Positions 27,296 to 36,770 of a DNA stretch of 64,000 bases are shown here, in pieces. The stretch's first letter is position 1. The number at the start of each line of letters is the position of its first letter. The notes beneath the pieces are model-generated. The model saw only the letters and a list, made by a program, of their open reading frames with translations. It searched no databases and was not told the origin of the DNA. Origin of the DNA: an uncultured Candidatus Rokubacteria bacterium (lineage in GTDB: Bacteria; Methylomirabilota; Methylomirabilia; Rokubacteriales; DASRDR01); contig CAWGVS010000005.1 in NCBI GenBank assembly GCA_963826115.1, positions 224,001 through 288,000 of the forward strand, given 5' to 3'. A program made the position numbers and the translations under genes.

Positions 27296-28675
27296 CTAGG
27301 CCGTGTCGGGATGGGGGAGGCGGGCCCGGCGGACGCGCACCTGCACGTCGGCCACCACGCCGCGCTCGATGGCGATCTCGACCTCCTGCTCCTCGAGCTC
27401 CCAGTCGCTCACGCTCGACAGCAGCCAGAGGAGCCGGCGCGCGTGTCTCGGCACGACCCGGCGCCCACGGTACACGAGGGTCCGGCGCTCCGGGTCGGCG
27501 AGCCGCTCCTGCTCCTCGAGCGTGTCCTGACCGCACAGCGCGAGGACCTCCTCGTACGTGGTCCGACCCGGAACGATCCGCGCGAGCGTCTCCCGCGAGA
27601 GGAGCGCGCCGCGGGCCCGGCTCACCGCCTCCGCGCTCCGTCCGAAGCGCAGGCGGGCCGACAGCTGGTAGACGAGCCCGCGCGTGAGGCGCTCGATGAG
27701 CGGCCCCGTCACGCGGCCCAGGACGAAGAACGCGAGCGGGATCAGGATCGGGGCCCACGCCTGGAGGCCGGAGGCGTAGCCGAACTGGACGGACAGCGAC
27801 TGCGGTACGGCGCCCTCGGACGTGTCCAGGAAGATGGACACCATCTCGCTGGCGGACGTGCCGTCCGCCGGCTCGCGGGCGGCCGTGCGCGGAAAGATGT
27901 CGTCGATCCGGAGGCGCTTCGGGTCCGCGAAGCGCACGAGGATCTGCGACGGCTCGCTGGCGAGCTGGAGCGCCCGCGTGCGGTTCTCGAGGTACAGGGG
28001 AAAGATCGCCGGGCTCCGCACGTCGTTGAAGCCGAGCGACAGGACGTGCCGCTTTCCCCGGATGAGCTCCTCGAACCAGCTGGCGGGCTTGGGGCGGATC
28101 GCGCCGTCGAGCACGAGGCGGAGCTTCACCAGCCGGGTGCGGTTCACGAGGTCCGGCGTCCACGGGATCCGGACCAGGGACGCGGCTGGCTGGACGCCCA
28201 GCGCTTCCAGGCCCACGTGGCGGAACGACACGAACGGCGCCGCGCCGATCCGGCGGTCGGTTGCCGTCGCCCCGGCGGTCGGATAGAGGTCCTCGACGTA
28301 GAGGGGGAGCTGGCCCTCCCCCGTGACCGTGAAGCCGCGGCTGCGAAGGTACTCGTTCAGCCGACCCTCGCCGCTGCTCCGCGTGTCGCCGCGGAGCTCC
28401 GCCGGCCACAGGAGGAAGAGGTCCTGCTCGAGGCCGAGGGCGCTGCGGGTGGGCGGCACGGCGAGGCTCCAGAGGATGTCCACGGTCACCGGCCCGAGCT
28501 CGGGTCCGACGCTCGCCCGGACGAACACCGGCCCGATCTCGAACTCGGGGTTCGGGCGCGTGGCCATGAAGATCTGGGCGCCGGCCGCGGCCGGGCCCAG
28601 CACGATCGCGGCGAGGAGGAGCAACCGGGCGGCGCCCGGCCCGCCGCGCCCGCGGGCGCGCCTTCGCGTCGTCAT
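27296..28675 (-). CDS. Hypothetical exported/membrane protein with C-terminal SmpA/OmlA-like motif
   Basis: Signal peptide (AAAGA-Q), TM WAPILIPLAFFVLG, RIVPGRTTYEEVLALCG; ATG overlaps the upstream stop. Confidence 0.65.
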   Translation of the reverse strand: MTTRRRARGRGGPGAARLLLLAAIVLGPAAAGAQIFMATRPNPEFEIGPVFVRASVGPELGPVTVDILWSLAVPPTRSALGLEQDLFLLWPAELRGDTRSSGEGRLNEYLRSRGFTVTGEGQLPLYVEDLYPTAGATATDRRIGAAPFVSFRHVGLEALGVQPAASLVRIPWTPDLVNRTRLVKLRLVLDGAIRPKPASWFEELIRGKRHVLSLGFNDVRSPAIFPLYLENRTRALQLASEPSQILVRFADPKRLRIDDIFPRTAAREPADGTSASEMVSIFLDTSEGAVPQSLSVQFGYASGLQAWAPILIPLAFFVLGRVTGPLIERLTRGLVYQLSARLRFGRSAEAVSRARGALLSRETLARIVPGRTTYEEVLALCGQDTLEEQERLADPERRTLVYRGRRVVPRHARRLLWLLSSVSDWELEEQEVEIAIERGVVADVQVRVRRARLPHPDTA

Positions 28676-29580
28676 CCGTCGAGGGCGGGCCGGATCTCGC
28701 GCGCCACCACGTCGATCGTTTCGATGATCGCCGGGTACGTCGTCAGCGAGACGTCGAGCGCGACGTGGGTCACGCCGAGCGCCGCGAACCCGCGGAGCGT
28801 CTCGACGACCTGACGCGTGGTGCCGTGGATCGCGGGGCGGCCCCGGAGGTAGCCCATGTCGGATCCGGGCCGATGGATCTCGTCGAGCCAGAAGGGGATC
28901 CGGAGCGACAGCACCGGCGCGCCCGGGCGTCCGGCCTCGGCCCAGTGACGGCGCACGGCATCCGCTCCCTGGCGGAACGCGTCCGGTGTCGCGGCCGTCG
29001 AGTGCCAGCCATCCCCGTAGCGCGCCACCCGGCGGTACGCGCCGTCGCTCGCGCCGCCGATCCAGATCGGCGGGCGCGGCCGCTGGAGCGGCATCGGCGA
29101 GGCGACCAGGCCGTGGAGCCGGTGGCGCCGCGTCTCGATCTCGGGCTCGCGCTCCGTCCACACCTTGTGGAAGAGCTCGAGCGCCTCGTCGGTCCGGCTG
29201 CCGCGCTCGGTGAAGGGCACGCCCAGCGCCGCGAACTCACCCTCCATCCAGCCCACGCCGGCGCCGAGGATGAGGCGGCCGCCCGAGAGCACGTCGACGC
29301 TCGCCAGGAGCTTCGCGACGGGCAGGGGAGACCGGTAGGGGAGGATGATCACGCTGGCCCCGAGGGCGATCCGCTCGGTGACGCCAGCGAGCCACGGAAG
29401 GACCGCCAAGGGATCGAGCATCTCCTCCCGGTAGATGATGTAGACGTCCTTCGGGACGATGACGTGGTCGGTCACCCAGAGGGAGTCGAGGCCGCGGGCG
29501 TCCGCCCGCTGCGCCACCTGGAGGAGGCGGCCTGTATCGAGCGGGCGGCCAAAGTGGGGAAGGCAGAGCCCGATCTGCAT
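28672..29580 (-). CDS. LLM class flavin/F420-dependent oxidoreductase
   Basis: DSLWVTDH, AKLLASVDVLSGGRLILGAGVGW, PPIWIGG. Confidence 0.9.
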   Translation of the reverse strand: MQIGLCLPHFGRPLDTGRLLQVAQRADARGLDSLWVTDHVIVPKDVYIIYREEMLDPLAVLPWLAGVTERIALGASVIILPYRSPLPVAKLLASVDVLSGGRLILGAGVGWMEGEFAALGVPFTERGSRTDEALELFHKVWTEREPEIETRRHRLHGLVASPMPLQRPRPPIWIGGASDGAYRRVARYGDGWHSTAATPDAFRQGADAVRRHWAEAGRPGAPVLSLRIPFWLDEIHRPGSDMGYLRGRPAIHGTTRQVVETLRGFAALGVTHVALDVSLTTYPAIIETIDVVAREIRPALDG

Positions 29581-29718
29581 GGCGCGTGTCCTCGTGTCGG
29601 GATTCGGAGCCCAGCGCTTGCCGGGCGGCGGCCCCGGCGCCCGCCCAGTATAGCGGCTTCCCGTTGCCTCGCCGCGGACCTGCCGTTACCATGGGGGCTC
29701 GCCAGGAGGAGACGCATC

Positions 29719-30720
29719 ATGGGCGTGCGGGTCGGCATCGTCGGGGTGAGCGGGTACGGCGGGAGCGAGCTCCTGCGGCTGTCGGTCGGGCATCCGGCGT
29801 TCGAGGTCGTCTACGCGAGCGGCGAGACGACCGCCGGCCTGAGGCTCGACCAGCAGTTCCCGGCCCTGGCGGGGCACCCGACCGGCAGCGTCGTCATCAA
29901 GCCGTTCGTGCCCGAGGAGATCCACGGGATCGACGTCCTCTTCGCGTCCCTGCCGACGGGCAAGTCGCGCGAGCCCCTCGCGCGCATCCCGCGCGAGGTG
30001 AAGATCGTCGACGTGGGCGGCGACCACCGCTTCGTGGACGGGTGGACGTACGGGCTCACCGAGCTTCCGGGCACGCGCGCGGCGGTCAGCGGCTCGTCGC
30101 GCGTGGCGGATCCGGGGTGCTATCCGGCGGCGGCCCTGCTCGCGCTGGCGCCGCTCGTCGCCGGTGGCCTCGTCGAGCCGGAGGGCCTCGTCGTGGACGC
30201 CAAGACCGGCGTCAGCGGCGCGGGCCGCGGCGGTGGGACGAGCGCGTTCGGCTACGCCGAGACGAACGAGGACGTGATGGCCTACGGTCTCGTCGAGCAC
30301 CCGCACGTGCCGGAGATGCAGGAGGCCCTCACGCGGCTCGGCGGTCGCCGCGCGACGCTTGCCTTCACGCCGCACCTGGTTCCGATGACCCGCGGGATCC
30401 TCGCGACCTGCTATGCGCGGCCGCGCGGCGCGGCGACGGCCGCGCGTCTCGAGGAGGCGGCCCGGGCCATGTACGCCGACGAGCCGTTCGTGCGGGTCGT
30501 GCCCGTCCAGGGTGGCCGGAGCCCGCGCACGAAGTGGACGACCGGCTCGAACGTGATCTTCGTCTCCTACGCGGTCAACCGGGAGACGGGCCTCGTGGTG
30601 GCCCTCGGCGCGCTCGACAACCTGGGCAAGGGCGCCGCCGGTCAGGCCGTCCAGAACGCGAACCTGATGACGGGACAGCCGGAGACCGCGGGGCTCACGG
30701 GGCTCCCGCTCTGGCCGTAG
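29719..30720 (+). CDS. argC: N-acetyl-gamma-glutamyl-phosphate reductase
   Basis: GVSGYGG, PGCYP, TGVSGAGR, FTPHLVPMTRGI, DNLGKGAAGQAVQN. Confidence 0.93.
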   Translation: MGVRVGIVGVSGYGGSELLRLSVGHPAFEVVYASGETTAGLRLDQQFPALAGHPTGSVVIKPFVPEEIHGIDVLFASLPTGKSREPLARIPREVKIVDVGGDHRFVDGWTYGLTELPGTRAAVSGSSRVADPGCYPAAALLALAPLVAGGLVEPEGLVVDAKTGVSGAGRGGGTSAFGYAETNEDVMAYGLVEHPHVPEMQEALTRLGGRRATLAFTPHLVPMTRGILATCYARPRGAATAARLEEAARAMYADEPFVRVVPVQGGRSPRTKWTTGSNVIFVSYAVNRETGLVVALGALDNLGKGAAGQAVQNANLMTGQPETAGLTGLPLWP

Positions 30721-30815
30721 AGTCGAGTCTCGACGTCGGACCGGACTGTCGGGCCCGGTGCCTTGACCGCCCGCCGGGCCAGGCTCCACGCGACTTCGGC
30801 GCGAAGGGCTGACCG

Positions 30816-31925
30816 GTGCTGATCGCCGTCACCTTCCTCGGCTCCCTCGCGTGGAGCTTCGTGTTCGTCGCGCTGCCCTTCCAGGTCGAGAAGCTCAGCA
30901 CGTCCGGGCCCGCCGGGACCCTCGCCTGGACTGGCTGGATCCTGGGCGTGGCGTCGCTCGGCGCCGTCGTGACCGGGCCCTTCTGGGCGCGGTACGGCGA
31001 GCGGACCGACCCCAAGGCGGCGTGCGTTCTCATCCAGGCGCTCCAGGGGCTCGGCTTCGTGGCGACCGCGATGGCCCACTCCGTCGCCGAGCTGTTCATC
31101 GCGCGATTGCTGCTCGGAACCGTCGGGTCGTTCTCGACGCTCGCCTTCGTGATCGCCGGGCGCGAGTCGGACGGGACCGTGATGCGCCGCCGCCTCGCGG
31201 CGATCCAGTCCGCGCTCGTCCTCGGTACGCTGGTGGGACCGCTTCCGGGCGCGGTGGCGGCGGCCCGGCTCGGGTTCCGCCTGACCTACCTGATCGGCGC
31301 GCTCGTGCTCGTCATCTCCGCGTCGATGCTCCACTGGGGAATGCCGAGTCCGCCACCGGTTTCGCGGGAGGCCGCGTCGCGTTCGCGCATGCCGGTGCGC
31401 GGGCTGGCGATCATCGCGGCGCTCGTCCTCGTCTCCTCGTCCCAGGAGACGTTCCTCGCCGCGGTGATGCCGAGCCTCCTGCCAGGGCTCGGCGTGGGGC
31501 TGGACGACGTCGTCGAGGCGGGCGGTCTCCTGATCTTCGTCGCGGGCGCCGCCGCGGCCGTCGGCGGCCTGGCGGCCCCCCAGCTGGCCGAGCAGATCTC
31601 GGAGCGACGGCTCCTGATCGGGCTCCTGGTGGCCTCGTCCGTCGCGCTGATCCTGTTCGGCACCACGCGGTCCTTCTGGGCTTTCGCCGTGCTGCGCGGG
31701 CTCCAGTGCCTCGCGATCGCGCCGTTCTTTCCGCTGGTGGTGGCGCAGGTGGCCCGGCGGGCCGACGCCCAGACGATCGGCTTCATCAACGCCGCCCGGG
31801 TCGGCTCCGGCTTCGTCGGCCCGCTCGTGGCGACCACGGTGCTCGCGACCGGGTCCCCGGGACTCCTCTACCTCACCCTCGGGGGGGCGGGCATCGCGAC
31901 CGCGATCCTGCTCCGCCGGGGCTAG
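30816..31925 (+). CDS. MFS transporter (DHA1-like)
   Basis: Multiple TM segments, ARLLLG, GPLPG. Confidence 0.8.
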   Translation: MLIAVTFLGSLAWSFVFVALPFQVEKLSTSGPAGTLAWTGWILGVASLGAVVTGPFWARYGERTDPKAACVLIQALQGLGFVATAMAHSVAELFIARLLLGTVGSFSTLAFVIAGRESDGTVMRRRLAAIQSALVLGTLVGPLPGAVAAARLGFRLTYLIGALVLVISASMLHWGMPSPPPVSREAASRSRMPVRGLAIIAALVLVSSSQETFLAAVMPSLLPGLGVGLDDVVEAGGLLIFVAGAAAAVGGLAAPQLAEQISERRLLIGLLVASSVALILFGTTRSFWAFAVLRGLQCLAIAPFFPLVVAQVARRADAQTIGFINAARVGSGFVGPLVATTVLATGSPGLLYLTLGGAGIATAILLRRG

Positions 31926-31931
31926 GGCGTC

Positions 31932-33383
31932 CTAGCCGGCGAGGGCGGGCTTCCGGCCGATCCAGGGACGCGCCGCCTCGATCTGGGCCGCCAGGCGGAA
32001 CAGCGTCGCCTCGTCCCCGAACCGCGCGACGAGCTGGATGGCCAGCGGGAGCCCCCGCGGCGCGCCGGCCGTGTCGACCTGGCTCACCGGCAGCATGATC
32101 GCGGGCTGGCCCGTGATGTTGAACCACACGGTGAATGGGGAGAACGTAAATACCCGTCGCCAATACTCGTCCACGTCCTCCAGCATCATGTCGATCCACC
32201 CGAGCTTGACCGCGCCCGGGGTGGCGAGGCCCGGAGTGAGGAGGACGTCGAAGCGCTGGTGGAAGGCGGCCATCTGGCGGCCGAGCCGGTGGGCGGTCTG
32301 TGTCGCCTTGACGTAGTCCGGCGCCGCGATGTGCTCGCCCCGCGCCGCCGTGTCGAACGTGACGTTCTCGACCTCGCCGCGACGGGGCGGTCGGCCGGCG
32401 GTGGGGTGCGACCGGACGTTCACGGCGGAGTTGGCGGCGGCGATGGTCAGGAACGTCGGAACGACCGCGTTCCCGTCGATCTCGGGGTCCGCCTCGGACA
32501 CGTCGTGGCCGAGCTCCGCCAGGAGGGCGGCGGTCTCCCGTACCAGCGCCGCGCACCGCGGATCGACCGGCGCGCCGTTCGGCGCGCGGAGCGTCCAGGC
32601 GATCCGGAGCCGGCCCGCGGGCGCGCCCACCTCGGCGAGGAACGGTCGTGAGGGCTGAGGCGCGGCGTACGGGTCGCCCGGTCCCGCGCCCGCGGTCGCG
32701 TCGAGGAGCGCCGCGCAGTCGCGGACACTCAGCGTCACGGCGTGCTCGGTCGACAGGCCGCCCAGTCCCTCGCCCGTGTACGGCGCCATCGTGTTCCGGG
32801 CGCGCGTGGGCTTGAGGCCCACGAGCCCGCAGCAGGCCGCCGGCGCGCGGATCGATCCGAAGCCGTCGCTCGCGTGCGCCATCGGCACGATGCGGGCGCC
32901 GGTGGCCGCGGCCGCGCCGCCGCTCGAGCCCCCCGAGATCCGGGTCGGGTCCCACGGATTCTTCGTCGCCCCGTAGAGCTGGGGCTCGCAGGTGAGGGAG
33001 AGCCCGAGCTCGCACGTGCTGGTGCGGCCGAACACCACCAGCCCGGCGCGCTTCAACCGCGCGACATGCTCGCTGTCGGCGGCGGCCGGCGGCGTGTCCG
33101 CGAAGAAGCGGGAGCCCCGCATCGTGCGGACGCCGGCCAGCGAGGCCGTGAGGTCCTTCAGGAGGTACGGGACGCCCCGGAAGGGCCCGTCGGGCAGGCC
33201 GTCGGCGATCGCCTTCCGCGCGTAGTCGTAGAGCGGGAGCACGACGGCGTTGATCGTCGGGTTCCGCGCCTCGACCCGCTCGATGGCGGCGTCCAGGAGC
33301 TCGGTCGGCGTGACCTGCCGGCGGCGGACGAGGTCCGCGAGCCCGAGGCCGTCGTACGCTTCGTAGTCGGCGAAGCCCGCCAT
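31932..33383 (-). CDS. Amidase signature family enzyme
   Basis: LLKDL, GGSSGG, SDGFGSIRAPA (Lys-cisSer-Ser triad). Confidence 0.92.
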   Translation of the reverse strand: MAGFADYEAYDGLGLADLVRRRQVTPTELLDAAIERVEARNPTINAVVLPLYDYARKAIADGLPDGPFRGVPYLLKDLTASLAGVRTMRGSRFFADTPPAAADSEHVARLKRAGLVVFGRTSTCELGLSLTCEPQLYGATKNPWDPTRISGGSSGGAAAATGARIVPMAHASDGFGSIRAPAACCGLVGLKPTRARNTMAPYTGEGLGGLSTEHAVTLSVRDCAALLDATAGAGPGDPYAAPQPSRPFLAEVGAPAGRLRIAWTLRAPNGAPVDPRCAALVRETAALLAELGHDVSEADPEIDGNAVVPTFLTIAAANSAVNVRSHPTAGRPPRRGEVENVTFDTAARGEHIAAPDYVKATQTAHRLGRQMAAFHQRFDVLLTPGLATPGAVKLGWIDMMLEDVDEYWRRVFTFSPFTVWFNITGQPAIMLPVSQVDTAGAPRGLPLAIQLVARFGDEATLFRLAAQIEAARPWIGRKPALAG

Positions 33384-33493
33384 GCGTATCCTCCGTGCGC
33401 GGGAGAGTGGGCGATTCCGGGGCGGACGCGGTGTCGGAGCTCAGCTGGCGGACGCGCGCCTGCGTCGCTCGCGCGGGGGTCGCGCCGCGTCCA

Positions 33494-33913
33494 TCATCTG
33501 GTCGGCGTCGCCCACGCGTCCTCGTCGAGCTTCCACGCGCCGGCCTCCTTGACCATCGTCACCTTGCCCGTGGTCGGCCGCCCGTCCCCCGTCTTGGCCT
33601 TGAGCTCCAGCACCGCCTTGCTCGTGCCGACCTGCTGGCTCGTGACCGCGATGTCCTGGAGCTTCTCCTTGGCGATGCTCATCTTGAGCATCTTCTCGAC
33701 CTCGGCCTTGGGCGCCTTCTGGAGGAGGGTCTTGTACTCCTGCGAGACGTGGGGAAAGAGGGCGTCCGGGGTGGTGGCCTTGCTCGCCGCATCGAGGTAC
33801 GCCTTGTAGGCGTCGAGCGGCGTTCGCGTCTGTGCGGACGCGGGTATCGCGGTCGCGGCGATGACGAGCGTCAGGGCGAGCAGGCCGAAGGCGTTCAGCC
33901 GGAGGGTTCGCAT
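33494..33913 (-). CDS. Secreted NTF2-like/DUF4878-like hypothetical protein
   Basis: Signal peptide (ASA-Q), C-terminal MVKEAGAWKL, RBS GGGAGG. Confidence 0.65.
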   Translation of the reverse strand: MRTLRLNAFGLLALTLVIAATAIPASAQTRTPLDAYKAYLDAASKATTPDALFPHVSQEYKTLLQKAPKAEVEKMLKMSIAKEKLQDIAVTSQQVGTSKAVLELKAKTGDGRPTTGKVTMVKEAGAWKLDEDAWATPTR

Positions 33914-34089
33914 GTCGCCGTCCTCCCTTTGGTGTTGCGACGAGCGTAGTCGACTCGGCGGGTGATCACAACCACGGAAGGCGGGTGTCGAGACGACCCG
34001 CGCGCGCCGCTGCGGGCGGAGGTAGCGCCGTGCGTACAATGGACCGCGGCGGCGTCGGGGCGCGTGACGGCCCGGCCGCCGGGACAGCC

Positions 34090-34767
34090 ATGCGGATCCT
34101 AGTCGTCGAGGACGAGCGCAAGGTCGCGAGCTTCATCCGACAGGGGCTCGAAGAGGAAGGCTACGCGGTGGACGTGGCCGTCGACGGGCCGGCGGCGGTC
34201 GAGCTGGCCCTCGGCGGGACGGCGTACGACCTCGTGGTCCTCGACGTCATGCTCCCCAAGCGCGACGGGTTCGCCGTCCTCCGGGATCTCCGGGCCCACC
34301 GGATGACCGCGCCGGTCCTGATGCTGACCGCCCGCGACAGCGTGCCCGACCGCGTGACCGGCCTCGACCTCGGCGCGGACGACTACCTCACGAAGCCGTT
34401 CGCGTTCGAGGAGTTCCTGGCGCGGGTCCGCGTCCTCCTCCGCCGCGCCGGCGCGCAGCGGACGCCGGTCCTCCGGCTCGCGGACCTCAGTCTCGATCCC
34501 GCGACGCGCCGGGTCACGCGGGGCAGCCGGACGATCGTCCTGACCGCGCGTGAGTACGCGCTCCTCGAGTACTTCCTCCGCAACGTGGGGCGCGTGCTGA
34601 CCCGACCCATGCTGGCCGAGCACGTGTGGGGAATCGACTTCGACCCGGAGAGCAACGTCATCGACGTCTACGTCGGGTATCTCCGGCGCAAGGTCGACCT
34701 CTCCGGCGAGCTGCGCCTCCTCCACACGACGCGGGGCACCGGATACGTTCTCAGGGCGGAGCCGTGA
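34090..34767 (+). CDS. OmpR-family response regulator
   Basis: MRILVVED, LDVMLP, GADDYLTKPF, NVIDVYVGYLRRK. Confidence 0.95.
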   Translation: MRILVVEDERKVASFIRQGLEEEGYAVDVAVDGPAAVELALGGTAYDLVVLDVMLPKRDGFAVLRDLRAHRMTAPVLMLTARDSVPDRVTGLDLGADDYLTKPFAFEEFLARVRVLLRRAGAQRTPVLRLADLSLDPATRRVTRGSRTIVLTAREYALLEYFLRNVGRVLTRPMLAEHVWGIDFDPESNVIDVYVGYLRRKVDLSGELRLLHTTRGTGYVLRAEP

Positions 34768-36182
34768 GCCCACGGCCGCGGGCGCTCGGCCTTCGCGCGC
34801 GCCTGACGCTCTGGTACGGCGGCGTCCTCCTGATGGTGCTCCTGATGTTCGTCGCCCTCTCGTACGCGGCCCTCCGCTGGACGCTCCTGAGGGACGTCGA
34901 CAGCACCCTCATGGTCGTGGCTCAGGTCGTGCAGGACTCGGGGTACGCGGGGTCCCCGCGCGGGCCGGCCCTCGATCCGGAGGCGCGGCTTCGCGCTCTC
35001 CTCGGACCGGACTTCTACGACCGGGTCCTCCGGCTGCTCGACCCCGAGGGCGAGCTCGACGTCGACGTGTCCGAGCCCCGCGCCCGACCGCTTCCGCTGT
35101 CGCCGGAGGCGCGAAGCAACGCCCGACAGGGCGTGCCAACCTTCGAGACCATCCGGACCGGGACGAGCGACCACGTGCGACTTCTCACCATGCCCGTGAC
35201 GCGAGGCGGGCGCCTGGTGAACCTCATCCAGGTCGGCATCCCGCTCCGGCGGACCCGCGAGGCCCTCGACAGCTACCTGCGGGTCCTGCTGGCGCTGGTG
35301 CCGCTCGCGCTCGGCCTGGCGACGGTGGGCGGGGCGCTGGTCGCCCGCCGGGCGCTCGCCCCCGTCGGGCTCATGTCGCGCACCGCGCGGCGCATCACGG
35401 CCGAGGATCTCGCGGAGCGGATCCCCGCGCGCGGGGCGGGGGACGAGCTCGACCATCTCGCGGAGACCCTCAACGCGATGCTGGCCCGCCTGGAGGCGGC
35501 GTTCAGCGAGGTGCGCCGCTTCGCGGCCGACGCCGCGCACGAGCTCCGGACGCCGCTCACCGCGCTCCGCGGCGAGCTCGAGGTGGGGCTGCGCGCCGAC
35601 CGATCGCCGGAGGAGTACCGGCGCGTCCTCCAGTCGACGCTCGAGAGCGCCGAGCGGCTCGTCCGCCTCGCGGAGGACCTGCTCGCCTTGTCTCGCGCGA
35701 CGGCCGGCGGCCTCGCGCGGTCCGGCCCCGTGGACGTCGAGGCGCTGGCGCTCGGGGCGCTCGACGCCGGGGCCCGGCTCGCCCAGGGGCGGGGGGTCAC
35801 CGTGCGGCTCGGCGCCGTCGCGCCCGCCACCGCGCAGGGCGACCCGGCGGCCCTCGAGCGGGCGCTGCTCAATCTGGTCGACAACGCCGTGCGCTACACG
35901 CCGGCCGGCGGCAAGGTGGAGATCTCGACCGCCCCGGCCGACGGCTGGGTGGACATTGCCGTCCAGGACAGCGGTCCCGGTATCGCGCCGGAGGACGCGG
36001 CCCGCGTCTTCGAGCCGTTCGTCCGGCTGGAGGCCGGTCGCGCCCGGGAGGCGGAGGGCTCGGGACTGGGCCTCGCCATCGCCCGGTCGATCGTCACGGC
36101 CCACGGGGGCACCCTGACGCTCGACCCGACCCCCGGGGCCGGCAGCCGGTTCACGATCCGCCTGCCGCGATCGCATGACTAG
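34764..36182 (+). CDS. HAMP-domain sensor histidine kinase
   Basis: AAHELRTPL H-box, NLVDNA, DSGPGI, GSGLGL. Confidence 0.93.
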   Translation: MSPRPRALGLRARLTLWYGGVLLMVLLMFVALSYAALRWTLLRDVDSTLMVVAQVVQDSGYAGSPRGPALDPEARLRALLGPDFYDRVLRLLDPEGELDVDVSEPRARPLPLSPEARSNARQGVPTFETIRTGTSDHVRLLTMPVTRGGRLVNLIQVGIPLRRTREALDSYLRVLLALVPLALGLATVGGALVARRALAPVGLMSRTARRITAEDLAERIPARGAGDELDHLAETLNAMLARLEAAFSEVRRFAADAAHELRTPLTALRGELEVGLRADRSPEEYRRVLQSTLESAERLVRLAEDLLALSRATAGGLARSGPVDVEALALGALDAGARLAQGRGVTVRLGAVAPATAQGDPAALERALLNLVDNAVRYTPAGGKVEISTAPADGWVDIAVQDSGPGIAPEDAARVFEPFVRLEAGRAREAEGSGLGLAIARSIVTAHGGTLTLDPTPGAGSRFTIRLPRSHD

Positions 36183-36579
36183 GTCAGCGCTCGTCGTGGG
36201 TCTGGTGGTGCTCGGGTGCGGCGGGCTGTTTGCAGCCGCTCCGGAGGTGCCTCCGACCGGCCGGATCGCCCGCTGCGCCGTCGATCCCGTCGTCGGGACT
36301 CCCGGGGGTCCCTTCGCGAGCCTGCGCGTCACCTGCGACGACGTGGCGGCGCTTCTCGAGCGGGCCAAGGTCGTCACGGAGTGGCAGTGGCTCCACGAGT
36401 ACAGTCACGTGGCGTTCGGCGACCGGACGGGACGCCTGACGCTGGACGACGGGACCGTGCTGCGCTGGCTGGTGCGGCCGGGAGGCCTCGCGTGTCTGGA
36501 GTGGCCGGACGGTCGGAAGGCATACCTGGCGCGCTGCTGCGGGGAGCGGCCGCCCGAGGCCGGCGGCCGGGCGCCCTGA
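36175..36579 (+). CDS. Hypothetical secreted protein
   Basis: Overlaps the kinase stop; N-terminal hydrophobic segment. Confidence 0.5.
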   Translation: MTRSALVVGLVVLGCGGLFAAAPEVPPTGRIARCAVDPVVGTPGGPFASLRVTCDDVAALLERAKVVTEWQWLHEYSHVAFGDRTGRLTLDDGTVLRWLVRPGGLACLEWPDGRKAYLARCCGERPPEAGGRAP

Positions 36580-36637
36580 CGGGTCGTTTCGGGCCGGCCG
36601 CCGGCCCGTGATCCACGCCTCGCGTACCTGAGAGAAA

Positions 36638-36665
36638 TCTCATCCGGCTCTCATCGACCTCTCAT
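36638..36665 (+). promoter_or_regulatory. Three TCTCAT direct repeats with 11-bp period; putative OmpR/PhoB-type regulator box
   Basis: TCTCAT at 36638, 36649 and 36660, upstream of degQ. Confidence 0.6.
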
Positions 36666-36770
36666 TTTGGTCGTGCACGCTCCGGGGCAGAGACGGGCGA
36701 GGCCTCCACGTCCGGCATACCGCCGGCCCGGCACGCCCGAACGGAAGCGACAGGAGAAGGAGAGAGATCG

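Noticed and set aside
30100-30130. ArgC motif reads DPGCY instead of NPGCY
   Set aside because: The catalytic Cys and all other motifs are intact; this position varies in the family.
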